Source of the DNA: Macrostomum lignano
Lineage: Eukaryota
Assembly: GCA_002269645.1 (NCBI GenBank)
Contig: NIVC01003542.1
Coordinates: 1 to 64,000, forward strand
Direction: 5' to 3'
Length of the DNA: 64,000 bases
A program made the translations under genes and the position numbers. The notes below the pieces were generated by a model, which was not told where the DNA came from, searched no databases, and saw only the letters and a program-made list of their open reading frames with translations. Below, piece after piece: positions 12,713 through 24,312 of this stretch. How positions within the stretch are numbered: position 1 is the stretch's first letter; every line of letters begins with the position of its first letter.

Positions 12713-12809
12713 TTGCTTGGCGCCAGTACACGTCAAAATTCTTAGGCTCGGTAAACAACAAGTTTAACAACTTTTAAATTCTGCATCTCACCCTCTGCGC
12801 CAACAACAG

Positions 12810-13188
12810 AGGAGCGCAGCCTGTCCACTGAGAAGTCCCGCTACGCCGAGGAGGCCGTCGAGCTGCGGGCCCGCCTGTCCCGCTCGGTGCCGCTGGCAGA
12901 GATTGAAGAGGAGCGAAGGAATCGCGAACGAGCCGAGCGACAGCGCGACGATCTGCAGAAGCAGAACGCCAGCCTGCAGAGCCAGTTCGACGATCGGAGC
13001 GCCCAGCTGCGCCGCGCAGCCGATGAGGCGCGCGCCGCGGGAGACCGGCTGGCTCAGGAGGAGCGGCAGCATCGGGAGGCGCAGCGACGCGTCGAGGCAG
13101 CCGAGCGGGAGCTGCGCGAGCACCGAGTTCAAGCCGAGGCGGAGCAGGAGCGGGCGGCAGTTGCTGAACGAGAGGCGCGCAGCCTCAG
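12810..13188 (+). CDS. CEP128: CEP128-like, exon 3
   Basis: caacag| acceptor in phase 1; coiled-coil ERSLSTEKSRYAEE...ARSL; donor ag|GTAAAA. Confidence 0.8.
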
Positions 13189-13239
13189 GTAAAATTTGCG
13201 CTGTTGGACTCGATTCTGATTCTTGCCGATGCAAGTTAT

Positions 13240-13530
13240 GATATAATTAGAGCCTAATGGACAGATGTGCAACCGACAGCTCAGCCGCAGCTATTGCGCG
13301 GCGCATCTGAAGGCTGCGTACGGCTATTCAGTCCAAGGACTGGGGGGTCGCCACACAGACCCTCAATTACCCCAGCTAATGCTGGCACCCATTTTACAGC
13401 TGGGTGAACTGAAGCAATGCAGAGTTAAGTGTGCTGCTCAAGGACACAAATTGTTCCGAGTGAGGTCAAGAATCGAACCCCCGACCTTCAGTCGTGAGTT
13501 CAACGTTCTAATCACTAGGCTACAACCCCC
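13240..13530 (-). mobile_element. tRNA-derived CORE-like SINE, copy 1
   Basis: Minus strand: GGGGTTGTAGCCTAGTGATTAG (A box), GGTTCGATTC (B box), a MIR-core-like block TGTGTCCTTGAGCAG..CACTTAACTCT..CTGTAAAATGGG, and a shared 3' tail. In CEP128 intron 3. Confidence 0.85.
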
Positions 13531-13829
13531 TCCGCAAAGTGCAAGTTTAGGATGCACTTTTCCTAAAATTCAATTCCACTAAACTTAACTCACTAAATGC
13601 TCAAGAGTGAATAACCGGGAATCGGGATGCTGAGATGCCAAAGCTCAATGGAAGGTGCTGATATATTTAAGTCACAATAGTGAACTTTAGAGGGCTCTCA
13701 GCAAAGCATCAATTTAAGCGCCATACCTATAGAAACCTTAGTCTGTAGGACCAGTTTTCGGCGCGAATTCAACTGCTCCAGACGGAGCTCCATTGCTAAA
13801 TGAATACTTTCAACGAACGCTATTTCCAG

Positions 13830-14010
13830 ATCTGAGCTGGCCGAGGAGCGGAACCGGGCCGAGTCTCGGGCCCGCGAATTCCAGGAGCTGACGGAGGCGG
13901 CCAAGCGCGACTCACTGCGGCTGTCTGAGAGCAACAGCGACAGCAGCAGCCGGGCGCAAAGGCTCAATGGCGAGCTGGAGGCGACGCGCAGGCAGCTGGC
14001 TGCGCACCAG
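13830..14010 (+). CDS. CEP128: CEP128-like, exon 4
   Basis: tatttccag| acceptor in phase 2; SELAEERNRAESRAREFQEL...QLAAHQ; donor cag|GTAAAA. Confidence 0.8.
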
Positions 14011-14376
14011 GTAAAAATCTGCAACTAGAGATCAGCTACTGATAGTAGGAATTCAGGAATTTCACTATGTATAAATCGCTCCATTGTGCACAGATGTCGG
14101 TACAGCTTTGGCCAAGAGACAATGTTTTTCAAGCTAGATTGTTCCGAGAGAAAATACTAATAAAACCCTTAATGATTGGTTAGGCTACAGTCCACTCACA
14201 GCCAAGGAGAAGGCAAGCAGTCGTGCCCCTTTTCAGCTGCCCTGACTTTCTTGTATGGTCATGAATGTACAGTCTCTGTAACTTGGGCTGGGAGAAGATT
14301 TTGAATAATCAATTTTCAACAACTTTAAGAAATTCAATTGTCTCAACCCTTTCAATTTTTTAACGCCAAAATACAG

Positions 14377-14543
14377 GCGCAGACGGAGGTAATGCGCAAG
14401 GAGCTTGAGAATCTGCTGGCCACCACAGTGAAGCAAGAGTCGCAGCTCGCCCAGCGCGAGGCGGAGGCTGACCAGCTCAGGCAGGACAAGTACCAGCTGC
14501 GCGAGGAGCTCAACTCGGCTAGAAAGGACGCCGATAAGTTCCG
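14377..14543 (+). CDS. CEP128: CEP128-like, exon 5
   Basis: atacag| acceptor in phase 0; AQTEVMRKELENLL...ADKF; donor cg|GTGAGA. Confidence 0.8.
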
Positions 14544-14544
14544 G

Positions 14545-14915
14545 TGAGAGATGCGTGAGGGATCATCTCCGGTGTGGTGGATCAGTGAAGGATCTTTTCC
14601 GGTGTTGTGGATCAGTTAGGGATCTTTTCCGGTGTGGTTGGTCAGTGAGGGATCTTTTCCGGTGTGGTTGGTCAGTGAGGGATCTTTTCCGGTGTGGTTG
14701 GTCAGTGAGGGATCTTTTCCGGTGTGGTTGGTCAGTGAAGGATCTTTTCTGGTGTGGTGGATCAGTGAGGGATCTTTTCCGGTGTGGTTGGTCAGTGAGG
14801 GATCTTTTCCGGTGTGGTTGGTCAGTGAGGGATCTTTTCCTGTGTGGTTGGTCAGTGAGGGATCTTTTCCGGTGTGGTGGGTCAGTGAGGGATCATTTCC
14901 GGTGTGGTGGATCAG
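14545..14915. repeat. Intronic minisatellite, 30-bp unit
   Basis: GTGAGGGATCTTTTCCGGTGTGGTTGGTCA tandem, beginning within ~10 nt of the exon 5 donor. Confidence 0.93.
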
Positions 14916-15812
14916 AGAGGTGCCACAGGGATGCAGTGGCTCAGTGCGAGGTGCCACAAGGATGCAGTGGCTCAGTGCGAGGTGCCACAAGGATGCAGTG
15001 GCTCAGTGAGGTGCCACACGGATGCAGTGGCTCAGTGAGGTGCCACAAGGATGAAGTGGCTCAGTGAGGTGCCACACGGATGCAGTGGCTCAGTGAGGTA
15101 CCACAAGGATGCAGTGGCTCAGTGCGAGGTGCCACAAGGATGCAGTGGCTCAGTGCGAGGTGCCACAAGGATGCAGTGGCTCAGTGAGGTGCCACAAGGA
15201 TGCAGTGGCTCAGTGAGGTGCCACAAGGATGCAGTGGCTCAGTGAGGTGCCACAAGGATGCAGTGGCTCAGTGAGGTGCCACACGGATGCAGTGGCTCAG
15301 TGAGGTGCCACAAGGATGCAGTGGCTCAGTGCGAGGTGCCACAAGGATGCAGTGGCTCAGTGAGGTGCCACAAGGATGAAGTGGCTCAGTGCGAGGTGCC
15401 ACAAGGATGCAGTGGCTCAGTGCGAGGTGCCACAAGGATGCAGTGGCTCAGTGAGGTGCCACAAGGATGCAGTGGCTCAGTGAGGTGCCACAAGGATGCA
15501 GTGGCTCAGTGAGGTGCCACAAGGATGCAGTGGCTCAGTGAGGTGCCACAAGGATGCAGTGGCTCAGTGAGGTGCCACACGGATGCAGTGGCTCAGTGAG
15601 GTGCCACAAGGATGCAGTGGCTCAGTGCGAGGTGCCACAAGGATGCAGTGGCTCAGTGAGGTGCCACAAGGATGAAGTGGCTCAGTGCGAGGTGCCACAA
15701 GGATGCAGTGGCTCAGTGAGGTGCCACAAGGATGCAGTGGCTCAGTGAGGTGCCACAAGGATGCAGTGGCTCAGTGAGGTGCCACAAGGATGCAGTGGCT
15801 CAGTGAGGTGCC
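14916..15812. repeat. Intronic minisatellite, 29/31-bp unit
   Basis: GAGGTGCCACAAGGATGCAGTGGCTCAGT(GC) x ~30. Confidence 0.95.
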
Positions 15813-15845
15813 AGATTCCTAGTTTCCACTTTTCTCTCTGCCCAG

Positions 15846-16239
15846 GTTCGACTGTGAGTCCCGGGATCACGCGCTAAACGCTAACCGGGAGGTCAGCGCC
15901 CGCCTCGAAGAGCGCCTGACATCCGCCGAGTGCCGGTGCTCGAGCCTGGAGGAGCAGCTCAAATCGTTGCAGACGGAGGCCCGCTCTCTGCAGCGGGAGC
16001 GCGGCGAGCTGCAGGCTCTGTGCGCCGACCTCACGGCTGGCGGACAGGCCAGCAGGCAGCAGGCTGAGGAGGCCGCCAAGCGCAACGCCACCTTAGCCAA
16101 AGAAAAGGAGGCCCTGCTCCGCCAGCTCGGTCAGGAGCGTCGGGACAAGGAGGAACAGCTGGCCGAAATTCGGCGACATCTGGCCACCGCGCAGGAGACC
16201 GCCAGGCAGGCGCACCGGGAGAAGCGAGAGCGGATTCAG
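15846..16239 (+). CDS. CEP128: CEP128-like, exon 6
   Basis: tttctctctgcccag| acceptor in phase 2; FDCESRDHALNANREV...EKRERIQ; donor cag|GTAGGC. Confidence 0.8.
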
Positions 16240-16256
16240 GTAGGCTAGTAGGGACT

Positions 16257-16860
16257 GAGTCACTCTGCACTCCTCACCACCTGGCCGATGGAATTGGGTC
16301 ACTCTGCACTCCTCACCACCTGCCTGATGGAATTGGGTCACTCTGCACTCCTCACCACCTGCCTGATGGAATTGGGTCACTCTGCACTCCTCACCACCTG
16401 GCTGATGGAATTGGGTCACTCTGCACTCCTCACCACCTGGCTGATGGAATTGGGTCACTCTGCACTCCTCACCACCTGGCTGATGGAATTGGGTCACTCT
16501 GCACTCCTCACCACCTGGCTGATGGAATTGGGTCACTCTGCACTCCTCACCACCTGCCTGATGGAATTGGGTCACTCTGCACTCCTCACCACCTGGCTGA
16601 TGGAATTGGGTCACTCTGCACTCCTCACCACCTGCCTGATGGAATTGGGTCACTCTGCACTCCTCACCACCTGCATGATGGAATTGGGTCACTCTGCACT
16701 CCTCACCACCTGGCTGATGGAATTGGGTCACTCTGCACTCCTCACCACCTGCCTGATGGAATTGGGTCACTCTGCACTCCTCACCACCTGCCTGATGGAA
16801 TTGGGTCACTCTGCACTCCTCACCACCTGGCTGATGGAATTGGGTCACTCTGCACTCCTC
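16257..16860. repeat. Intronic minisatellite, 39-bp unit
   Basis: GGGTCACTCTGCACTCCTCACCACCTG(C/G)CTGATGGAATT x ~15; fills most of CEP128 intron 6. Confidence 0.95.
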
Positions 16861-16919
16861 CATCAAGTTTTCCATCACTTTAACCCCAACCTTTTCCCCA
16901 ACCTCCAAACCCTTTCAAG

Positions 16920-17639
16920 GGCGCCGGCCGCGACGCCGCCGACAGAGTCAGCCGGGCTGCCGAAGAGGCTCGCGGCGCCGAGGAGGAGCGCCGCCTGCTT
17001 GAAGGCCTTCGCAAGGCCCAGGCGGCCGAGCTGGAGCGCCTTCAGCGCAGCTTGTCCGACCGCGATGCCGAACTGGCCGCCGCGCACGGCAGGACAACTG
17101 CGGCCAGGCAGGAAGCGGCCGAGCTGTCCGCCCAGGCGTTGCGCCTCGGCCAAGAGCGCTCTGAGCTGCGGGAACGCCTGGCCGAGTCGGAGCGCCGGCT
17201 GGCCGGCCTGGCAGCGGCCGGACGCTCCGCTCTGGAGCACCTGCTCCGCATGGGCGGCGCCGGCCGGCCCCGGCTCTGCCTGGACGAGGCGGACGGCGGC
17301 GAGGCGGCAGCAGATGCTGAGCGGGTCGGCTCCGACCTGGCGCTGGCGAGCCTGTGGGCGCTAGACACCTGGCAGCGGGACCGGCAGGCGGCGGCGGCCG
17401 GGCAGGTCCGGGAGGCCGGCGAGAATCGCCAGCTGTTGCGCAAGTCGCTCAGCCAGCTGGCCAATGTGGAGACCGAGCTGGCCGACCTGCGCTGCCTTTT
17501 GGAGAAGCAGCGCCTGCCGGAGCAGCCGGCTGACATCGACAGGCGGTACCGGAAGCTGAAAGACACGGTGCAGGGCCTGCGCGAGGATCTCAGCCTGGCG
17601 GAGAGATTAGCTGCCAAGCCGCAGGCTGCACAGCATTAA
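16920..17639 (+). CDS. CEP128: CEP128-like, exon 7 (terminal)
   Basis: cctttcaag| acceptor in phase 0; continuous coiled-coil to TAA at 17637-17639. Summed exons are 2926 nt; adding 2 missing bases gives 976 codons. Confidence 0.78.
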   Translation, partial: GAGRDAADRVSRAAEEARGAEEERRLLEGLRKAQAAELERLQRSLSDRDAELAAAHGRTTAARQEAAELSAQALRLGQERSELRERLAESERRLAGLAAAGRSALEHLLRMGGAGRPRLCLDEADGGEAAADAERVGSDLALASLWALDTWQRDRQAAAAGQVREAGENRQLLRKSLSQLANVETELADLRCLLEKQRLPEQPADIDRRYRKLKDTVQGLREDLSLAERLAAKPQAAQH

Positions 17640-19928
17640 GCATAGGCTCTCCCGTTCTTTTTGTTTCTACTTTTATGTGTACTTTTGATCTGGGCACATT
17701 GTCGGTTTTGTAGTGGGGTCTAGCAGTGAGGAGACAGTCGCTTAAAATAGGAATAATAGACGATAGCATAGCCCATAAAAATCAATAAGCATTAGGCATC
17801 ATTACCACTTTCCCTAAAGTAGAATTGCCCTGCGATTGTCCCATAAGTAAGGCGCCGCCAGTTTTTCACAGGTGCATGTAAAAGATGTGTACATGTAGGT
17901 TTTCTTCAATGCCTACATTGAAGTACATTACTTTTTAACGTGTTCGTCTTCCTTTGTTGATTATTTTTATTTGAAGTGCACTCTTCATAAGAAATCTATA
18001 TATAGTCCATAATTACGGAAATTATCGCTTGATGAAAATCTTCAACTACATGCAGTTCGTTTAATTGTTTAATTCTATTTTTATTCTATTTCTATTTCTA
18101 TTTCATATCTACTTTAGGCAATAGAGATTTAGCTACGGCACTCTTGACAAAAAAATTTTACTTTAAGCACAGCTACTTTTTGGGAAAATTAAAGATACAA
18201 ATAACTTGTTCTTTATAATGTTTTTCACAAGGTCGCAACATTTTTGTTGGCAATTCTTTTAAAATATCAACATTACTGAACTGTTCAGATAATGGATTTT
18301 AATCAATATCAGATAAGTTTTGACGTGTGAATTTTATTGCAAATAATTACGTGTAAATGCTTGATTTGATTCCTGGTGGATCATCTCATTTTTATAATAA
18401 CTGTAAAGCCGGAATAAGATTTCAATTCTCTGTTGAATTTAGAAAGTAACACAAAAGCTAACTTCGATTTGTTTATTTTTCAATTGCTTTACCAAAACTA
18501 CCTGAATTTTGCTGGTGTGCTATTGCAGCTGTGCTGTATATTAAACTTTGATCGCTTTGTATCTTAGTAATGCATATGAGCTCTTTAAAATTGTCCCACA
18601 ACGAATTTAGTATTCCACTACTACACGCGCTAATGTTGTGCGGATTTTTCGCTCAATTTTGTCTATTAATATTATGAACAATTAATCTGTAAAGTTTAAT
18701 TTGTATTGACTGGATTGAAAATTATACCGAATTAGATGATTTTTCATTTATATTCATTTTAGATTTTTAAATGAGTAATTTATATACAGCTATATCCTGT
18801 AGTCGAATATACGCTCATGTGATTTTTTGTACTTCATCATTTCTCGTAAAAGCGGCCCAATTGAGGGCTGCATATTTTGATTCGTGTGTATCAGAGCTTT
18901 AAATAAAATAATATCCTTCAGATATGTCCATCGGTTGAAATTAGTTTGTTTTATTTTGTACGTGCATGCACTTGGCTGTGGTCTCATACAGGCCTTGTAA
19001 AATTTTCCTAATTCTAAAATCTTAAGTCTAATTCTAGCTATTCCCACGATAAAATTTTCGAAAAATGCATACTGCTACAAAATTAAGACAAAAATTAAAT
19101 CAAATCAATTACTAATCACTCAGTTACTAACTTACCTACTGTACCTTGGTTAAGTCGCTAATTACAGTAGGTAATAAAAGTTAATAATTGCATGCACACT
19201 TACATGTAAATTTCAAAATTGATTTAGAAAATGATCGTTTCGGAATTTATTGCCGATATTATGGTATTCTTTAAGTTTACGTTATACGCTACTGACAGTA
19301 GGCAAATAATGAACATTCGAAAAACGACTACGATTCAAAGAATTTTTTTGAAACAGTCGACGCAAAAGTAACTTGGATTGTCTGTTTCTATTACAATAAT
19401 AACAGTCGCCTATTTGTTTTATGCATACACATACATCATTCTTGCATGGACTTAACTTCCTGAGCTTTTTCGGTCCGTACACTAAGAGACTTGTGAAGTG
19501 GAAGACGGAAGCATTGTAATTGCATTCCGCGAGAATTTCTGGGCCCAAACTCTGAAATTAATTATTTGTATCGAAATACTCCGGTAGCGAGTTAGTGACA
19601 GTTTGCAATTCAGTGTCAAATAACGACCAAAGCGTTACAAAAGTCGAGTGTAAGGAGCAGCAATTTGTTAATAGTTGCTAGTCCTTAAAGGGGCCGTTTT
19701 ACTCAGAACGGTTTACTCAGACAGTTTAAGTTACTGTTTGCATTGGCAGCTGGCACTGAGGGTTGACTTTTGTCATTTTTTACCGTCAGATCAGCCCGGG
19801 TGAGTCTGTCGATTTATCTTAAAAAAGCTAATATTTTGGTTGGACTTATTGCAAACTAAGTAATTGTGCAGTTTTTTTTCACGAGATAAAAAGCTCATTA
19901 TACAGAAGCTACAACTTCGATAAAGAAC

Positions 19929-20891
19929 GGGAGCACCCCAACTGCCAGCCGGAAAACTGCCAGCCGACAACTGCCAGCCGGAAAACTGCCAGCCGACAAT
20001 TGCCAGCCGACAACTTCCAGCCGACAACTGCCAGTCGACAACTGCCAGCCGACAACTGCCAGTCGACAATTGCAAACTTGTCGACTAACAGTTCTTGCTT
20101 TGTAGGTCAGCAAAATTTGATCGAATTCAAATAAATTCTGTTAGTCACACTTCAGTTTTCTTAAAAGGAAAAGTTCTGGTGTGCAAATTTTATACCTATT
20201 ACAAGTCTGAGCGTGTAATGTAGACAGTTTATTTTAAGTTTCAAGCACTGAATTACGAGTTACGCCACTGATGTACGAGCTAAAGCCCCGTAGAATAGCT
20301 TCTAATGCGAGCTATAGAAACAACATGAACAATAAATCACATTAGCCCAAGAGTTACAGAAATAGGGGCAGTGTCCAATGGCTCGCCGCAGGGCTAGCAA
20401 GAGAACGAAGTCCACCCGCCGGCGGTGTCCAGCGCATTGGCGTCGCACAGCAAACAGTCCAGTGAGTCCACATATCGCTGAGTTTGAGCCTGGCCCCGCC
20501 TGAACAGGCCCTGCATGGTGAGCAGGACGTCCTATAGACAGGTAAAGGTTGGGGGCAGTAGCTTTCGGCACGGATGACGTAGTCCGAGCTATATTTTTTA
20601 CAGCTGTCTGCATTAGTGGTACTCCAGCTAGCACTTGTCCGGCTGGCAGTTGTCGGCTGGCAGTTGTCGGCTGGCAGTTTTCCGGCTGGCAGTTTTCTCG
20701 GCTGGCAATTGTCGGCTGGCAGTTGTCGGCTGGCAGTTGTCGACTGGCAGTTGTCGGCTGGCAATTGTCGGCTGGCAGTTGTCGACTGGCAGTTGTCGGC
20801 TGGCAGTTGTCGGCTGGCAATTGTCGGCTGGCAGTTTTCCGGCTGGCAGTTGTCGGCTGGCAGTTTTCCGGCTAGCAGTTGGGGTGGACCC
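19929..20891. mobile_element. Non-autonomous foldback / Mutator-like (MULE) element
   Basis: Long inverted arms (19929-~20072 and ~20635-20891) built of 14-bp units CTGCCAGCCGACAA, with GGG...CCC termini. Flanks GATAAAGAAC (left) and GATAAAGAC (right) look like a 9-bp TSD with one extra A. Confidence 0.8.
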
Positions 20892-21397
20892 GATAAAGAC
20901 ATATTCGAAGTTTAATTTCGAAACTATTAAATAATAGTAATTTGTGGCAAAAAAAGCACAATCCCAGTAAAATTAAAATTGCATGCAATGTTTCGGGTAG
21001 CCCGTAAAAGGGCCGTTTTACTGAAAAAAGTCAAATTAACTACTGGCACTAAGACTTGACTCATAAAGTATGGAATCGACCGAATCGTGCAGTTTATCAC
21101 GAGACGAAAGCGAATTTTTAGAAGCCACAAATTTGAAAAGTACCTATTAGTTTTTTTCGGACAAATAAAAAAATCGTAATTTATGCCCCAACCAGTATCA
21201 ATAAGCAAAAAAACACTCCCAGAGTCCCAGCAAAGGCAGTATTGATAGATGTCAGATATCTTAATTTGTACAATGCAAAGGAGCAAAGTGAAATGAATGC
21301 TTGAGGTTTTGAATGTACGCGGTTAGGGCCCCAGGCAGTTGCCTCGCGAAATAGAAAAAACCTGCAAATCGATAATTCTGAGGTAGGCTAGGCGCTC

Positions 21398-21428
21398 TCT
21401 CATTGGCTGGGACCGCCCAATATATTCC
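21398..21428 (+). promoter_or_regulatory. Histone-type promoter: inverted CCAAT, CCAAT and TATA-like box
   Basis: CTCATTGGCTGGGACCGCCCAATATATTCC, 80-105 bp upstream of the H2A ATG. Confidence 0.55.
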
Positions 21429-21505
21429 AGCCCTTTGCACGTGTCCGACATTAGTAAGAACTTTCATACGTGGTATACTGCTATACATCCAGTTAATTAT
21501 CTAAC

Positions 21506-21928
21506 ATGTCTGGACGCGGCAAAGGTGGTAAGGCTAAGGCCAAGGCTAAGACTCGCTCGTCTCGCGCTGGACTGCAGTTTCCAGTCGGCCGAATCCATCG
21601 CTTACTGCGCAAAGGCAACTATGCTGAGCGCGTTGGCGCTGGCGCTCCAGTCTACCTAGCGGCTGTGCTGGAATACCTGGCCGCCGAAGTGCTCGAGCTT
21701 GCCGGCAACGCTGCTCGCGATAACAAGAAGACTCGCATCATCCCGCGGCATTTACAGCTTGCCATCCGCAACGACGAAGAGCTGAACAAATTGCTCAGCG
21801 GTGTCACCATTGCCCAGGGTGGTGTGCTGCCTAACATCCAGGCTGTCCTGCTGCCAAAGAAGAGCGGTGCCTCTGGTAGCAGCAAGGCCAGCAGCGGCAA
21901 GAAGGCTGGCCCCAGCCAGGAGTTCTAA
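21506..21928 (+). CDS. H2AX: Histone H2A.X (intronless, 140 aa)
   Basis: Canonical H2A fold ([11 protein letters not shown]...[20 protein letters not shown]) plus an extended tail ending in the SQEF phosphorylation motif. Confidence 0.97.
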   Translation: MSGRGKGGKAKAKAKTRSSRAGLQFPVGRIHRLLRKGNYAERVGAGAPVYLAAVLEYLAAEVLELAGNAARDNKKTRIIPRHLQLAIRNDEELNKLLSGVTIAQGGVLPNIQAVLLPKKSGASGSSKASSGKKAGPSQEF

Positions 21929-21994
21929 GCTGCTCAATCGTCAAGCGGCAAAGCCTTGTCCAAGTTTTAACTTTTAACGAAGTTACTGAACGCT

Positions 21995-22020
21995 AAAACG
22001 GCCCTTTTCAGGGCCACCAA
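21995..22020 (+). terminator. Histone mRNA 3' stem-loop (SLBP site)
   Basis: aaaac-GGCCCT-TTTC-AGGGCC-accaa, 71 nt after the stop codon. Confidence 0.95.
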
Positions 22021-23794
22021 ATTTATTTGATGCCAATTCGATCTGCTCTCGTTCGCTCTATTATTAATTAATTTTTCTTAGTAGGCCTAATCGATTTTAT
22101 TTTTTTAATGTGTACGATTAATTAATGTGGTAGAAAAAACAACAGCTAGTTAGTACCCGCATTGATCATTAGCTAGGCCTATGCTCTTCTACGTAGGTCG
22201 TAGCAAGCATGATTTATTTAGTGTCTACTCAATGTCTTGAATCTTGATACTATTTATTTTGCATTAATCAATGATTAGATTATGAAGTTTATTTTGACAG
22301 TTGGTACGGACGGTAACCAAATAAGGTTTCTGTCTACTATTTATCTTGACTATTATTGGGAATATTGCCATTGCCATTTGTAGTATTTTACATTACTGCA
22401 TTGTATTTGTAGACAGTGTAGTCTGCCTGCTATGCCAGTATGCATTTTGCATTCACATCAGAGATAAGTCCCCTCTTTAGCCGTTTAGGGTTCAATCTCA
22501 ATGAAATTGATTATTTAATTTAATCCAGCCCAGGATTTCGGTTTGTAAAATGCATGTCAAATTGCAGTTGAAGTATTTCTCGTGTGTTAGAATATAAACT
22601 CTGGTTAATTTGATACATTGTTACATTGTTATTCTTAAAACAACGCTAAGCCTCTACCTGAAGTACAATAATATTGATAATACTAATAGGCTATGTATTA
22701 GCCTATCCTGAAGCTATACAATACAAAATAATAAAAAGTCTAATTGTTTGTAGTCTAATTACGTGTACGTACTATGTAGCAAGCAATAGTCGTTTCTGGC
22801 CATTCCTCCACAGACCATGTGCAGCTACCAATTGCTTTTTTACACCTGATCCATAAAACCAAAAAATTCTCTGACTTTCCGACAGCTAGAGGATTTGAAG
22901 TATGAACGATGTGTACAGGACAGCGGCCCATTTGTCAACGTTGCCTCCTCACGTGTTGAACAAGAATTTTACTAATTTTTTGACATACTAGTTATGCGTA
23001 TGGCTACTAACAGTAAAAATATGAGAAAATTAAACTTCATTCAACGAAATATAAATGTTTTAAATTATCAGCCGCCTATTTTTACCGTAAGTGAAAATGG
23101 AAAATTCTCAAAGGACCTTTCAAGCCCTTCCACCGTTAATTCATCATAAGGAACTGGGTTATGAAACAGGCCTGATTGACTTCCTAGCTGCTGATTCTTG
23201 CTGCGAGGCTCAAATTGTAAATCATCTTTTTGAGCAGCGCTAATAACTGCTCAGTAAGACTTGACTCTGCTTTCATTTTTGTGAGGTTTTTGTACACTGC
23301 TGAAGAAAAAACTGTACTGAATTCTGTGAAATTAAATTGAGCTCCGCTGAAGCCAGCCAACTAGTGGGAGGACCGAGATCCAAGAATATAGTAGTGTACT
23401 CTCCTCACCCAACTTCCACCAGCCCACACTGGACTTCCGGCTACCCTTGATCTATCTCCAGCTAAAAGGTAAAGCCGCTGGTCACGTATTGCCCTGCCGC
23501 GCTTGCACTGACGCCACGCAGTGTGCTTAGCGGATTAGGACAATCTGCAGTACTGGGACAGTAAATCTTCCTTCCCGATTTAAATCTCTTATTTTCAGGA
23601 CAATTGAGTCGTGCATGGCTGACTGTGCATGGTGCTTTCAGCGAATTGTGTTTATTGAACACTCCGAGTTTGACCAACAATGTGCTGCAATTTTTCAAAA
23701 GCTTTAATAACCAAAAGCAACTTATAAGCTTGCATAATATACAGCTAAGCTGAGTGGAAACTCAGAATTTCGCTGAGTGTCCTGCAACGCTAAA

Positions 23795-24312
23795 CTGAGT
23801 GACTGAGGTGCTAAACTAAAATGAGTGACTGGGGTGCTAAACTAAAATGAGTGACTGAGGTGCTAAACTAAAATGAGTGACTGGGGTGCTAAACTAAAAT
23901 GAGTGACTGAGGTGCTAAACTAAAATGAGTGACTGAGGTGCTAAACTAAAATGAGTGACTGGGGTGCTAAACTAAAATGAGTGACTGAGGTGCTAAACTA
24001 AAATGAGTGACTGAGGTGCTAAACTAAAATGAGTGACTGGGGTGCTAAACTAAAATGAGTGACTGAGGTGCTAAACTAAAATGAGTGACTGGGGTGCTAA
24101 ACTAAAATGAGTGACTGAGGTGCTAAACTAAAATGAGTGACTGAGGTGCTAAACTAAAATGAGTGACTGGGGTGCTAAACTAAAATGAGTGACTGAGGTG
24201 CTAAACTAAAATGAGTGACTGGGGTGCTAAACTAAAATGAGTGACTGGGGTGCTAAACTAAAATGAGTGACTGGGGTGCTAAACTAAAATGAGTGACTGG
24301 GGTGCTAAACTA
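23795..24312. repeat. Minisatellite, 26-bp unit
   Basis: GACTG(A/G)GGTGCTAAACTAAAATGAGT x ~20. Confidence 0.95.

Noticed and set aside
19282-19548. Minus-strand ORF with a possible GTATGT donor
   Set aside because: No homology recognised and no partner exon could be assigned.
21020-21400. Divergent H2B or H4 gene next to H2A.X
   Set aside because: No histone-like translation in any minus frame.
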